Virus record (IMG/VR): IMGVR_UViG_3300025678_000004
Location: 1-51,730 of that record
Origin: a virus
Direction: 5' to 3' (one strand)
Length of the DNA: 51,730 nucleotides
This document shows positions 16,461 through 24,457 of the stretch, piece by piece; within the stretch, counting starts at the first letter, position 1; every line of letters starts with the position of its first letter. The notes under the pieces were generated by a model. The model was not told the origin of the DNA. It was given only the letters and a program-made list of their open reading frames with translations, and searched no databases. The translations under genes were made by a program, and so were the position numbers.

Positions 16461-16528
16461 CGCCGCATTTAATGATCATAATGATTAAATCATTTGAATG
16501 ATTATGTACAATGTACTTGGATCCTCAG

Positions 16529-16580
16529 GGGAGTACGGGCAAGCCCGGACAAACAACAAACCCCCGAAGGGGGAACTCCT
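16529..16580 (+). ncRNA. Candidate structured RNA element (three-way junction)
   Basis: An outer stem GGGAGU/ACUCCU encloses the hairpins CGGG-CAAG-CCCG and CCCCC-GAA-GGGGG, joined by the A/C-rich linker GACAAACAACAAA. It is GC-rich in an otherwise AT-rich intergenic region. Strand and function are unknown. Confidence 0.25.
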
Positions 16581-16609
16581 AAGCAGGGCAAAGATCTATT
16601 ATTATTATA

Positions 16610-16661
16610 TTAATGATCTAAGATCATTAATCAGCACTTCTGAAAATTCACGCTGTGAATT
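16610..16661. promoter_or_regulatory. Two operator-like palindromes upstream of the 16695 operon
   Basis: TTAATGATCT-A-AGATCATTAA (16610-16630, perfect 10-bp arms) and AATTCACG-C-TGTGAATT (16645-16661). Both motifs recur in the 9.9-10.4 kb region: TTAATGATCTAAG at 10013-10025 and AATTCACA-C-TGTGAATT at 10274-10290. Confidence 0.5.
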
Positions 16662-16694
16662 GGGCTTATTTTCCGATTTTAGGCGGGTGTTAAC

Positions 16695-17051
16695 TTGAAA
16701 GTTGAAAACTGCGCCCAATGCTTCAATCTTTTTCATGATTTCGTGGACGGCTGGGTATGTGATGTGACCATGCAGCCGGTGTTCATGATGCTCGGGTGTC
16801 CGATGGAACGGGATGATGTCCCTATTGATCTGGACCCGTGTTATGTATGGTTCCCGACACCTCAGTATGCGGTTGTATACTGCAAAAACGCCGGATTCAA
16901 ACGCCCGTGCCAGTTTCTTAACGGATACCGGTGCACAATCAGCCATGCTGATATACGACATGCCAGGTACTGCCCACTCCCGAGATTTGATCCGGAAACA
17001 CTGAAAACATTAACACCAAAGGCCAACTATGATATATTGCGAATGTGGTGA
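16695..17051 (+). CDS. Cys-rich hypothetical protein
   Basis: 118 aa with a TTG start (uncertain). The plus strand is G>C here, like other plus-strand genes. There are several Cys pairs (CAQC, GCP.., CQF..C). Confidence 0.45.
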   Translation: MKVENCAQCFNLFHDFVDGWVCDVTMQPVFMMLGCPMERDDVPIDLDPCYVWFPTPQYAVVYCKNAGFKRPCQFLNGYRCTISHADIRHARYCPLPRFDPETLKTLTPKANYDILRMW

Positions 17052-17057
17052 GGCAAC

Positions 17058-17315
17058 ATGCAAGAAGAATGGATGACAAGTAAAAACAAGAAATTAGGGG
17101 AGATGACAAAAGTCACCCCCTATATTGAACAGGGTGAGTATAAGAAATACCTAATTACCCATGAACAAGATGTGTGCGAGACTCGACAATTTGGGTTCTA
17201 TGCATGCCAGGAATGTGACGGGGCAATAACGGGGGAACCGATATCATGGCGCGACATGTACTTTTGTTCATGGAAATGTCTGAAGATGTACATGGATGCA
17301 AGGGAAGAGCAGTAA
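17058..17315 (+). CDS. TRASH/FCS-type zinc-finger protein
   Basis: CQECDGAITGEPISWRDMYFCSWKC fits C-x2-C-x16-C-x3-C with the FCS signature. Confidence 0.55.
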   Translation: MQEEWMTSKNKKLGEMTKVTPYIEQGEYKKYLITHEQDVCETRQFGFYACQECDGAITGEPISWRDMYFCSWKCLKMYMDAREEQ

Positions 17316-17708
17316 ATGGTGAAACACATGGATGAAACAGAATTTGACCAGATTAAGACCAGAATCAAAGACCTTGCTGCGATGAACGCAGTTGACAACG
17401 CAGCACGTATTGAACGGGTAGCAATCGAGGAAGCACTTCTCGAATCTCCCTATAAATCCCACCTGTATACCGAACAGATGTTTGACCACCTCATCTTCCT
17501 GGAACTAATCGAAGTCAATGCAAACCTGGCACGACTGATCGCCATGTTGTCACCAGACGCACGTGAAGGGGTCTGTATTGGAGGATCGTGCAATGGGCAT
17601 ACATCACATGCCCCACCAACAAACACTGAAATAGAAGAGGCCTATAGATGCGATGATGATGTGCCGGCAAGGAAGCGTGGGCGGACAAAGTCCGCAACCC
17701 GCGGGTGA
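17316..17708 (+). CDS. Hypothetical protein (basic C-terminus)
   Basis: 130 aa. The start abuts the upstream stop (TAAATG). Confidence 0.55.
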   Translation: MVKHMDETEFDQIKTRIKDLAAMNAVDNAARIERVAIEEALLESPYKSHLYTEQMFDHLIFLELIEVNANLARLIAMLSPDAREGVCIGGSCNGHTSHAPPTNTEIEEAYRCDDDVPARKRGRTKSATRG

Positions 17709-17739
17709 TTTAAATACCCGCGGGAATGAAGTGATACAT

Positions 17740-17961
17740 ATGTCTACGGTACATGTACGTGTGGAAATGGTGGAAGTCGCATCGCCCGACGGGACGGCTG
17801 TCCAGGGATACCGGGCGTATGCAGCTGATATCGGTCTGTCAGCAGAGGGAACATCGCTTGATGACTGCATAACAACGATTAAATCGGCAGTCAGCGCGTA
17901 TCTCGGAAAACCTGCAAATCTTAACTGGATGAGAGCGGAATTCAGGCTCTCAACCGAGTAA
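17740..17961 (+). CDS. HicB-like (UPF0150-type) small protein
   Basis: MSTVHVRVEMVEVASPDGTAVQGYRAYAADIGLSAEGTSLDDCITTIKSAVSAYL follows the HicB N-domain pattern (beta strands, then G.t.eEa......A....). The tracked start at 17653 overlaps the previous gene. Confidence 0.4.
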   Translation: MSTVHVRVEMVEVASPDGTAVQGYRAYAADIGLSAEGTSLDDCITTIKSAVSAYLGKPANLNWMRAEFRLSTE

Positions 17962-17991
17962 CTTTTTATAATTTTAGTATAAGTGATACCT

Positions 17992-18501
17992 ATGGAAATT
18001 GCATATGTAGTGGAAACTACAAACGGAACAACATGGAAAGCAACATGCTCCGACCCACATCTCGAAACAGAGGGGCCTGATATCCTGTCAGTAAGTAGGA
18101 GCATGGCAGAAAAGATTGAATCATGGATTGTGAATACATTCGGGACCCCGAAAAAAGTGGTGGTTGAAGTCCCGAAGATAAAAGCCAAAATAAAAGCAAA
18201 CATTGTTGTAAGGCCCGAAACTCCGCTGACGGAGTATACCCCGCCCGAACCGGTAAGGATTGAAAACAAGGTGTATGGTCCGTGTGCATATCTGTCTGAC
18301 GGGAAGGGGGTTCTCCCTGTCGGTGAATGCGAAGCCAGATCGATGGACCCTGCAGACACTCCAGGTATCAGGGTGGATGCTGATGGCATGTGCATGGCAG
18401 AGTTTGAAAAATGTACATATTACAAACCGCTGATGCAGATATCCGTGCAGGATGACGATGACTTCGAGGATGTTGATGACAACATCAATGAATATGAGTG
18501 A
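17992..18501 (+). CDS. Hypothetical protein with HicB-like N-terminal pattern and acidic tail
   Basis: MEIAYVVETTNGTTWKATCSDPHLETEGPDILSVSRSMAEKIESWI, with C-terminal DDDDFEDVDDNINEYE. ATG 17992 is preferred over the tracked GTG 17983. Confidence 0.45.
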   Translation: MEIAYVVETTNGTTWKATCSDPHLETEGPDILSVSRSMAEKIESWIVNTFGTPKKVVVEVPKIKAKIKANIVVRPETPLTEYTPPEPVRIENKVYGPCAYLSDGKGVLPVGECEARSMDPADTPGIRVDADGMCMAEFEKCTYYKPLMQISVQDDDDFEDVDDNINEYE

Positions 18502-19010
18502 CCATGCCATTTTCAAAACGAAAGACGCGTGTAAAAAACGCGACAAAAACTGTAGTGAATGGAACGGCGTTCTCATCAAAAGCGGAAGGGTACTATTACA
18601 CCGTGCTGCTTGAAAAACTAAAGACAGGAGAGATACAAAAAATAGAGTTGCAGATCCCGTTCGAACTCCAGCCCCAGTACAAGAAATGTCAGGCACACGG
18701 GTGTGATTTCATCTGGGTGAGACCGGGGGATGAGAAAGATCCAAATTACAAGCGGTATTATTCAGCAAAGACATGCCCAAAGTGCAACGCACCACTCAAA
18801 CTCCATCGCGAAATGTTATATGTCTGTGATTTTGTCGTTACTGATGCGTATGGAAAGAAGCATGTAATTGATGTCAAATCAAGTGCACATTTTCAGACCG
18901 AAGTCTTTAAACTGAAGAAAAAGATTTTTGAGTTTCGATATCCAGACAAATTGCTGGAAGAAGTTTATCCAAAAGTCCCAAAAGGATGGACGGGTGAAAA
19001 AGTTATTTAA
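18498..19010 (+). CDS. DUF1064-type PD-(D/E)xK nuclease (Holliday-junction-resolvase-like) with zinc-ribbon insertion
   Basis: NGTAFSSKAEGYYYTVLLEKLKTGEI and YVCDFVVTDAYGKKHVIDVKSS match the DUF1064 F.S..E and DF.v.d..g...v.DvK blocks. CQAHGC...CPKC is inserted between them. Confidence 0.55.
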   Translation: MTMPFSKRKTRVKNATKTVVNGTAFSSKAEGYYYTVLLEKLKTGEIQKIELQIPFELQPQYKKCQAHGCDFIWVRPGDEKDPNYKRYYSAKTCPKCNAPLKLHREMLYVCDFVVTDAYGKKHVIDVKSSAHFQTEVFKLKKKIFEFRYPDKLLEEVYPKVPKGWTGEKVI

Positions 19011-22000
19011 AAATAATTCATTTGTGGTGCTTTTCTTTCTCCCCCTGGGAACTCGTTTACGAATGTCATTTGTTGCCACTTTTCAACGCAATATTCGAGA
19101 TAATCTGCATCCATCTCCCACTTTTTAATTTTTTGTATCTGGTCGTTTGTCAAATCCCGCCATTCTATTTTTGTGACCATTTGATTTTCTGGTGATGCCA
19201 CTGTAGTGGATTTCTCCCAGTATGTTTTACTTGGAGTTTTTACCTGGGTCCAGATATTATCAAATTTCTTCGTCTGGGGAGTAATGAGATACAATCTCTT
19301 ACCCCATAGAGGATCCCATATTAATTCCAAATTCCAGTTTCCATCATCATATGTATATGTTGCATGTAACAGGGGCATTGGGGTAATCATACCACACACA
19401 TCTTTCTTTTTGTGTGAACTTCCAAAAGACCCAAAATTTATGTCTTGCATAAGAGTTTCATAAATGTAAAATTTTACACTAGCGAGATTTTGCATAAATT
19501 GGTCATATGCTTGTTGTGCGGCTGCGTCGCCTCTATCCGCAGCAGCTTTAACAATTTTTACAGAATTAACAAATTCAGATGTGTATCGTATAATCGATTC
19601 CCCCGATTTTGGTTCATAATCTCCTGGTTCTGTGATACTAGAATCAACATAGGAAGATTTTGTTGCAATCTGGTGTAACTCTGCTTCTGATGCAACTTCG
19701 GGGTATGTTTTGTACGTATGGAATCTCCAGGGCCACTGTGCATATTTAGTCTGCGGATATTGTGTACGAAGTTGCTGGAACGAATCCCAGGTAACACCAG
19801 TAAAAGAAAACATCCCATATTTGAAGTTATATTGTGGCACGATAATGAGACTTTCATTTTCGTGTCTTGATACCATTGTCGGAAGACATCCGGATATAGA
19901 ACAGTTTTCAAAGTATACTTCTCCAATTGCAGGTGTTACGGGATTTATGTTATGATTTGCTGAATTTATGTAGGGGCATGATGCAGGCCGCAAAATTACA
20001 TCCCACCCGGCATCACTACCATCACACCCCTTCAATAATGGAATCCTGGCATATGTTGAATAAACAGTTCCACACCCGGACCTGCCAAAGAATTCTTCTT
20101 CGTAATATGCTGCACCAACAGAATACATATGCGGATAATACAATGTAGGAGCCTCAGCAAGATTAAACCCGGTTGGATTATCACCAGCTGCGTTGCCAGC
20201 CTGGAAGAATCCGGGTCTGTCAAGGTGTATCTGGCACGGTTTCATTAAATTTGAATTCCGCCAGGGTTCTTCGTATTCCCACCATGACTGAGGGTCAAAT
20301 GCTTGCATATTTGCAAGGCTTGGTTGCACATTCCCAGTTCCAGAAGCACCATAATAGTTCCGGGTAAACAAATCGCATTGTGCAAATAATAAATCCATTT
20401 CCATTGCAAGTTCGCGACCAGAATCGGATCCAGACATGGGATACCATTCAGATCTCCATGACCTGATATTATATGGCATTTGAACAGTTGTATTTGTATT
20501 TGGGCCGTTGTATATTGGGGTTGGTCTATCTAAAGTTGTATCAATTCGAAGCTCCATTTTAGAAAGAGTTCTGTTTCCATGACAATTTAAATAATAATAT
20601 TCGGTTGTTGGTGCTGCAGAAGAGTTTCCATATTTAGTTAAAATTGCCCGGTCGCCTCCTATGGTATATGTCCAGGCAGATTTCCAAGATGCTTTATTAT
20701 AAGTTCCTGATGCTCCCTTTCCTTGGTATGCGGTTGTATCAATGTCATATCGCCAGATTGTATTATAAGAATATGTAGATGGCAGGTAAGGACCAATTCT
20801 TCCAACATCCAACCCTTCTGGAATTGGAGTGTACCCGCTTGGCATTTCTGATGTCTCTCTCCAGTAAAAGTACAAATATTCTGGAGATGAGAATGATATC
20901 CCTTCCCAATGATTAGATGGATATGAATTGAATCTATCTACACCAAACCAGGTGCCACAACATGCATATACATTGCCATATGTATCAACATCCAATTTTA
21001 ATGGCGGATTAATAATAGTATATGTGCACGGCCCCCTGGTGTTGGAATCTACATAATATTTCCCTCTAAATCCACGGGTTCCAGGAACAAATGGCAAGTA
21101 ATCCCATAACTTCCATTTTGATTTCTTGTTAAAACAAATTATGAACATCCGGGCTCTTGGAAGCCCGCACCGATACATTCTATCAGTGGTTTCTGCATAT
21201 GTCCCTGCATGTGGGGGAACGTATTGTCTGGGAAAATATCCGGGGTCATATATTGGATATGCTGTTGGAGTAGTGGTGCTGCCATATGGGTATGTGTCGT
21301 CATATTGAACGCCAATACGGCATTCATACCCCATATAATTGACATTTGCAACTTTGTTTGGGTATACATCTGCATAATGCCATCCAATCTGGAGCAAACA
21401 CCACAGATTTCCTTTTGAGTCTTCTTTGATATCTCTAACAGCAATGTTTGCAGGATCGGCAGGACCAGCCATATTTTTCCATGGCAATTGTGTAGTAATA
21501 TCGGCAAGTGCGAGAGTCCCAGCATATACCGGGCCAAGAACCCCGGAATATGATGCTGGGCGGATATAACTTGATGCCTCATTCCGGTCACCGCCCACAT
21601 ATGATGCAACGTGGGTAGCATACGATTTGGGGATATCAAAATAATTCGGGGATGCTGCAGTAACCATGGATTCAAAATTTAAATACCGGTCATACCACCA
21701 TCGATTTACCCATAGCGGAGCATTAACATTCAGTTCATATGGATCTACACGCTCTGTTGAAATGTTCTTGATTATTTTGAATATAATCGGTTCCAAATCA
21801 ATGTTATCGAGAATGCTACCATTTTCATCCAATTTAATAAGATGAATTGCAGAATCAACAACTCTATCTTTCCATTCTTCAGTAATAGGATCCCAGACAT
21901 ACGAATGGCGAAACGCCTGTTTCGATGTCCAGAATTCTAATTTATCTTCTGTTACTGGGAACATCCCTGTAGGATTCATACCACCAGATACAGCAATATA

Positions 22001-22165
22001 AGACCCGATTTGCGGAGTTCCGCATTGAATCCCATAATTCCCGCCGTTAAACGAATCAAATGCAAGCATGGATGCAAGTTCTGGTGCCCCGGACTGCATC
22101 CCTATTTTGATATTTGAATCAAACTGGAACTGGCTTGTATCCATTATCGAATCATCCTCACCCAA
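19007..22165 (-). CDS. Large distal tail / receptor-binding protein
   Basis: 1052 aa, very Trp/Tyr-rich, and the last gene of the tail module. Its stop overlaps the stop of the convergent 18498..19010 gene (TTAA). Confidence 0.5.
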   Translation of the reverse strand: MGEDDSIMDTSQFQFDSNIKIGMQSGAPELASMLAFDSFNGGNYGIQCGTPQIGSYIAVSGGMNPTGMFPVTEDKLEFWTSKQAFRHSYVWDPITEEWKDRVVDSAIHLIKLDENGSILDNIDLEPIIFKIIKNISTERVDPYELNVNAPLWVNRWWYDRYLNFESMVTAASPNYFDIPKSYATHVASYVGGDRNEASSYIRPASYSGVLGPVYAGTLALADITTQLPWKNMAGPADPANIAVRDIKEDSKGNLWCLLQIGWHYADVYPNKVANVNYMGYECRIGVQYDDTYPYGSTTTPTAYPIYDPGYFPRQYVPPHAGTYAETTDRMYRCGLPRARMFIICFNKKSKWKLWDYLPFVPGTRGFRGKYYVDSNTRGPCTYTIINPPLKLDVDTYGNVYACCGTWFGVDRFNSYPSNHWEGISFSSPEYLYFYWRETSEMPSGYTPIPEGLDVGRIGPYLPSTYSYNTIWRYDIDTTAYQGKGASGTYNKASWKSAWTYTIGGDRAILTKYGNSSAAPTTEYYYLNCHGNRTLSKMELRIDTTLDRPTPIYNGPNTNTTVQMPYNIRSWRSEWYPMSGSDSGRELAMEMDLLFAQCDLFTRNYYGASGTGNVQPSLANMQAFDPQSWWEYEEPWRNSNLMKPCQIHLDRPGFFQAGNAAGDNPTGFNLAEAPTLYYPHMYSVGAAYYEEEFFGRSGCGTVYSTYARIPLLKGCDGSDAGWDVILRPASCPYINSANHNINPVTPAIGEVYFENCSISGCLPTMVSRHENESLIIVPQYNFKYGMFSFTGVTWDSFQQLRTQYPQTKYAQWPWRFHTYKTYPEVASEAELHQIATKSSYVDSSITEPGDYEPKSGESIIRYTSEFVNSVKIVKAAADRGDAAAQQAYDQFMQNLASVKFYIYETLMQDINFGSFGSSHKKKDVCGMITPMPLLHATYTYDDGNWNLELIWDPLWGKRLYLITPQTKKFDNIWTQVKTPSKTYWEKSTTVASPENQMVTKIEWRDLTNDQIQKIKKWEMDADYLEYCVEKWQQMTFVNEFPGGERKAPQMNYF

Positions 22166-24426
22166 GTCTTTGCCCCGGTTCTTATGTTTTGGACTTTTGC
22201 TGCAACCCCAGTTTCACTTGTTATAATCACACGTGACAACTCCTGGTTTCTGTGCCGCTGACTGGTGACATCCTTGGTGTCACGCACGAATTCGAGAATG
22301 TCATTAAAGGATGTTCCCGGGGTTCCAAAGTATATATCCGGCGCTCCCCGCTGGGGTTTCACGGTTTTTTGAATAACAAACTTCTGCTTTATCTTATACC
22401 AGTGTTTTGGCTGACCGGAAGGAGTATTTTTTGGAATCTGAACCCATTCGGATTCCGGTTGCGGAGATGTGTTTGTGGATGCATAATCAAACCAGTGGGT
22501 TGGATACCATGTTGCAACAGTTGTATCAAATCTACCCTTTGTTGCAACCTGTATGTAGATGATGTCGCCTGGGTACAATCCATCCGGCACTTTCCACGGG
22601 TCGTAACTGAAATATGTAAGGTTCCCGGTAACAGGAAGTGCGGACAGTCGCATATGACCTTCAGCAACCTTGTCAAGGGTATCGATATCAGCAACACCTT
22701 TCACAACAACCTGGGCGGGGATATATCCGTACTTGTAATACGGGGAATCACGTGCAACATCCTCATAATGTTCCCCGGTCTGATCCATGTAATAATACGT
22801 CTCGGGGAACACGATTGCATGCTTGTGGTGAGGGTATTTCTCTGTCCAGGGGATCTTGTCTGGGGTAAGCCCCTTTGGGCATATCTCTGAAAACTGCATA
22901 TCATTCTTGATGTTTTTACATGCAAGAACCGGGCATGGGGACGTGCTGTCAAAACACACCGGGCATGCAGTTCCGTCTGATGTAATCAGATCACTGTGTT
23001 TGAACGCAACCCCGTTTGATACCATGTCCTTTGCGAGTTCGCAAAAGTCGGTTATTTTTTCATTTGCATCACACCCTCCGAACGGGCATCCGGTAGTCCA
23101 CCCGATCTTTCCGATTCTGGTGCCAGCATGCTGACACGACGCACATGCACATGCAGGAACCCCTCGTACAATATCCTGCAGGTAGTAATGATATGGTTCG
23201 TTGTCTGTGACATAGGAGCATACCCGGTAGTAAATGCGTTCAGACCCGATCCATACAAACCCTTTCTCTGCAACAAGGTTCTTTTCAAATGTAAGATACG
23301 ATGAAACGGATATTTTGCATTCCCCGTATAAGACATCATCATAAATTGCAGATGTCTCCGGCTCTGTGCCGTATGCATTGATGTTCCGGTTGCTGGTGTA
23401 CGTTGCAGTCTGCACCGATTCTATCCAATGAACCGGCCTTTGGTACAACGATGCAACAATAACCCCGGTGGTATTATAATTCTGAACCGACTGGAAATAT
23501 GGTACAACTGTTGTATCATCAAGATCGCCGTTTTCCCAACTTGCTACGTGGATGCCAGGGAGAAAGTATACTCCGGATATTTTGAGTTTTTCTTTGTTTA
23601 TGTATACTGTAGTGTTTGGAGTAGGAAGATCCAACAGATAGTTTGTGGGGGATGCGGGAAAATAGTAATAATATAATGAATCAGGTGACATTTCCGGGCG
23701 TTTTAACTGGGTATCTTTCATTTCAATGACTCTTGGTGCAGCATTCCAGTCTCCTATTTCGGCGTCCATCTGCACCTGCTTGATTCCAAGTTCCGATTCT
23801 GCCCCGAATACTGTTATGGATGTGGCGAGTTTTCCGTAATCTATGGTAACATTGAAGTTTGCAAAGTCTTTCCATTCAGTGAGCGATTTGCACGGGAGAA
23901 TGTCTGCCTCACTCTGGTATGGGAGATTTGTAAACGTGTCTCTGTAAAATGCCTTTACCGTCTTTATGTAATTCCCGTTGTCATACCCACAGAAAACAGT
24001 GAAATCAAGCCCGAGAATATTGCATATTGTGGTGATGTGTGAGATATAGGTGCCGTTTCGCAGGATGTATGAGATGTACCGGGGGGATGTATCAAAATCA
24101 GGTGGATATTCAAACGTCCACCCATCGGGAATGAGATAGTCTTTGATAAGGGATATTGCGTTGACCTGCCTGAATTCACTCGGCATTTTGACAATATTGT
24201 TTCTCAGTTCCCTGGCATATGACTCTGCGGTAATGGTAAGGGTAAGCCGGTCTCCGGCGATTTTTGATTCTGTGATGATCCCGTAAAATCCAGCCTGTCC
24301 AATATCAATTTTACACCCCTCCTTAAACAGGTCGAGATCTGCCTGTTTCTCCACAACCACAGTCGATTTAAATATATCAACTGCTTTTGCGTTATATTCA
24401 AAAGAGTAGTTTTTAAAGAACGCCAT
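22144..24426 (-). CDS. Tail-tip/baseplate hub-like protein with Cys-rich insert
   Basis: 760 aa, two genes downstream of the tape measure. A Cys cluster VPACACASCQH...GCPFGGC...CPVC...CPVLAC...ICP is encoded at about 22879-23160. Confidence 0.45.
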   Translation of the reverse strand: MAFFKNYSFEYNAKAVDIFKSTVVVEKQADLDLFKEGCKIDIGQAGFYGIITESKIAGDRLTLTITAESYARELRNNIVKMPSEFRQVNAISLIKDYLIPDGWTFEYPPDFDTSPRYISYILRNGTYISHITTICNILGLDFTVFCGYDNGNYIKTVKAFYRDTFTNLPYQSEADILPCKSLTEWKDFANFNVTIDYGKLATSITVFGAESELGIKQVQMDAEIGDWNAAPRVIEMKDTQLKRPEMSPDSLYYYYFPASPTNYLLDLPTPNTTVYINKEKLKISGVYFLPGIHVASWENGDLDDTTVVPYFQSVQNYNTTGVIVASLYQRPVHWIESVQTATYTSNRNINAYGTEPETSAIYDDVLYGECKISVSSYLTFEKNLVAEKGFVWIGSERIYYRVCSYVTDNEPYHYYLQDIVRGVPACACASCQHAGTRIGKIGWTTGCPFGGCDANEKITDFCELAKDMVSNGVAFKHSDLITSDGTACPVCFDSTSPCPVLACKNIKNDMQFSEICPKGLTPDKIPWTEKYPHHKHAIVFPETYYYMDQTGEHYEDVARDSPYYKYGYIPAQVVVKGVADIDTLDKVAEGHMRLSALPVTGNLTYFSYDPWKVPDGLYPGDIIYIQVATKGRFDTTVATWYPTHWFDYASTNTSPQPESEWVQIPKNTPSGQPKHWYKIKQKFVIQKTVKPQRGAPDIYFGTPGTSFNDILEFVRDTKDVTSQRHRNQELSRVIITSETGVAAKVQNIRTGAKTWVRMIR

Positions 24427-24457
24427 AATAATAATGGCATTTGGTATAAAAAAAGAA

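Noticed and set aside
16498-16698. 66-aa plus-strand ORF across the hairpin/palindrome spacer
   Set aside because: It consists of translated palindromes and GC hairpins (for example YYYYINDLRSLI), and no Shine-Dalgarno motif is present. The region is better explained as regulatory or structured nucleic acid.
16605-16961. 118-aa minus-strand ORF competing with plus-strand ORF 16695..17051
   Set aside because: Local composition (G>C on the plus strand) and operon context favour the plus-strand gene. The minus ORF would also run through the operator palindromes. The plus ORF's TTG start remains uncertain.
17604-18395. 263-aa minus-strand ORF across the HicB-like region
   Set aside because: It is antisense to three tightly packed plus-strand genes that have Shine-Dalgarno motifs and recognisable patterns. 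Its product is low-complexity (Ser/Thr/Pro/Gly-rich), and the strand composition here matches plus-strand coding. It is a shadow ORF.
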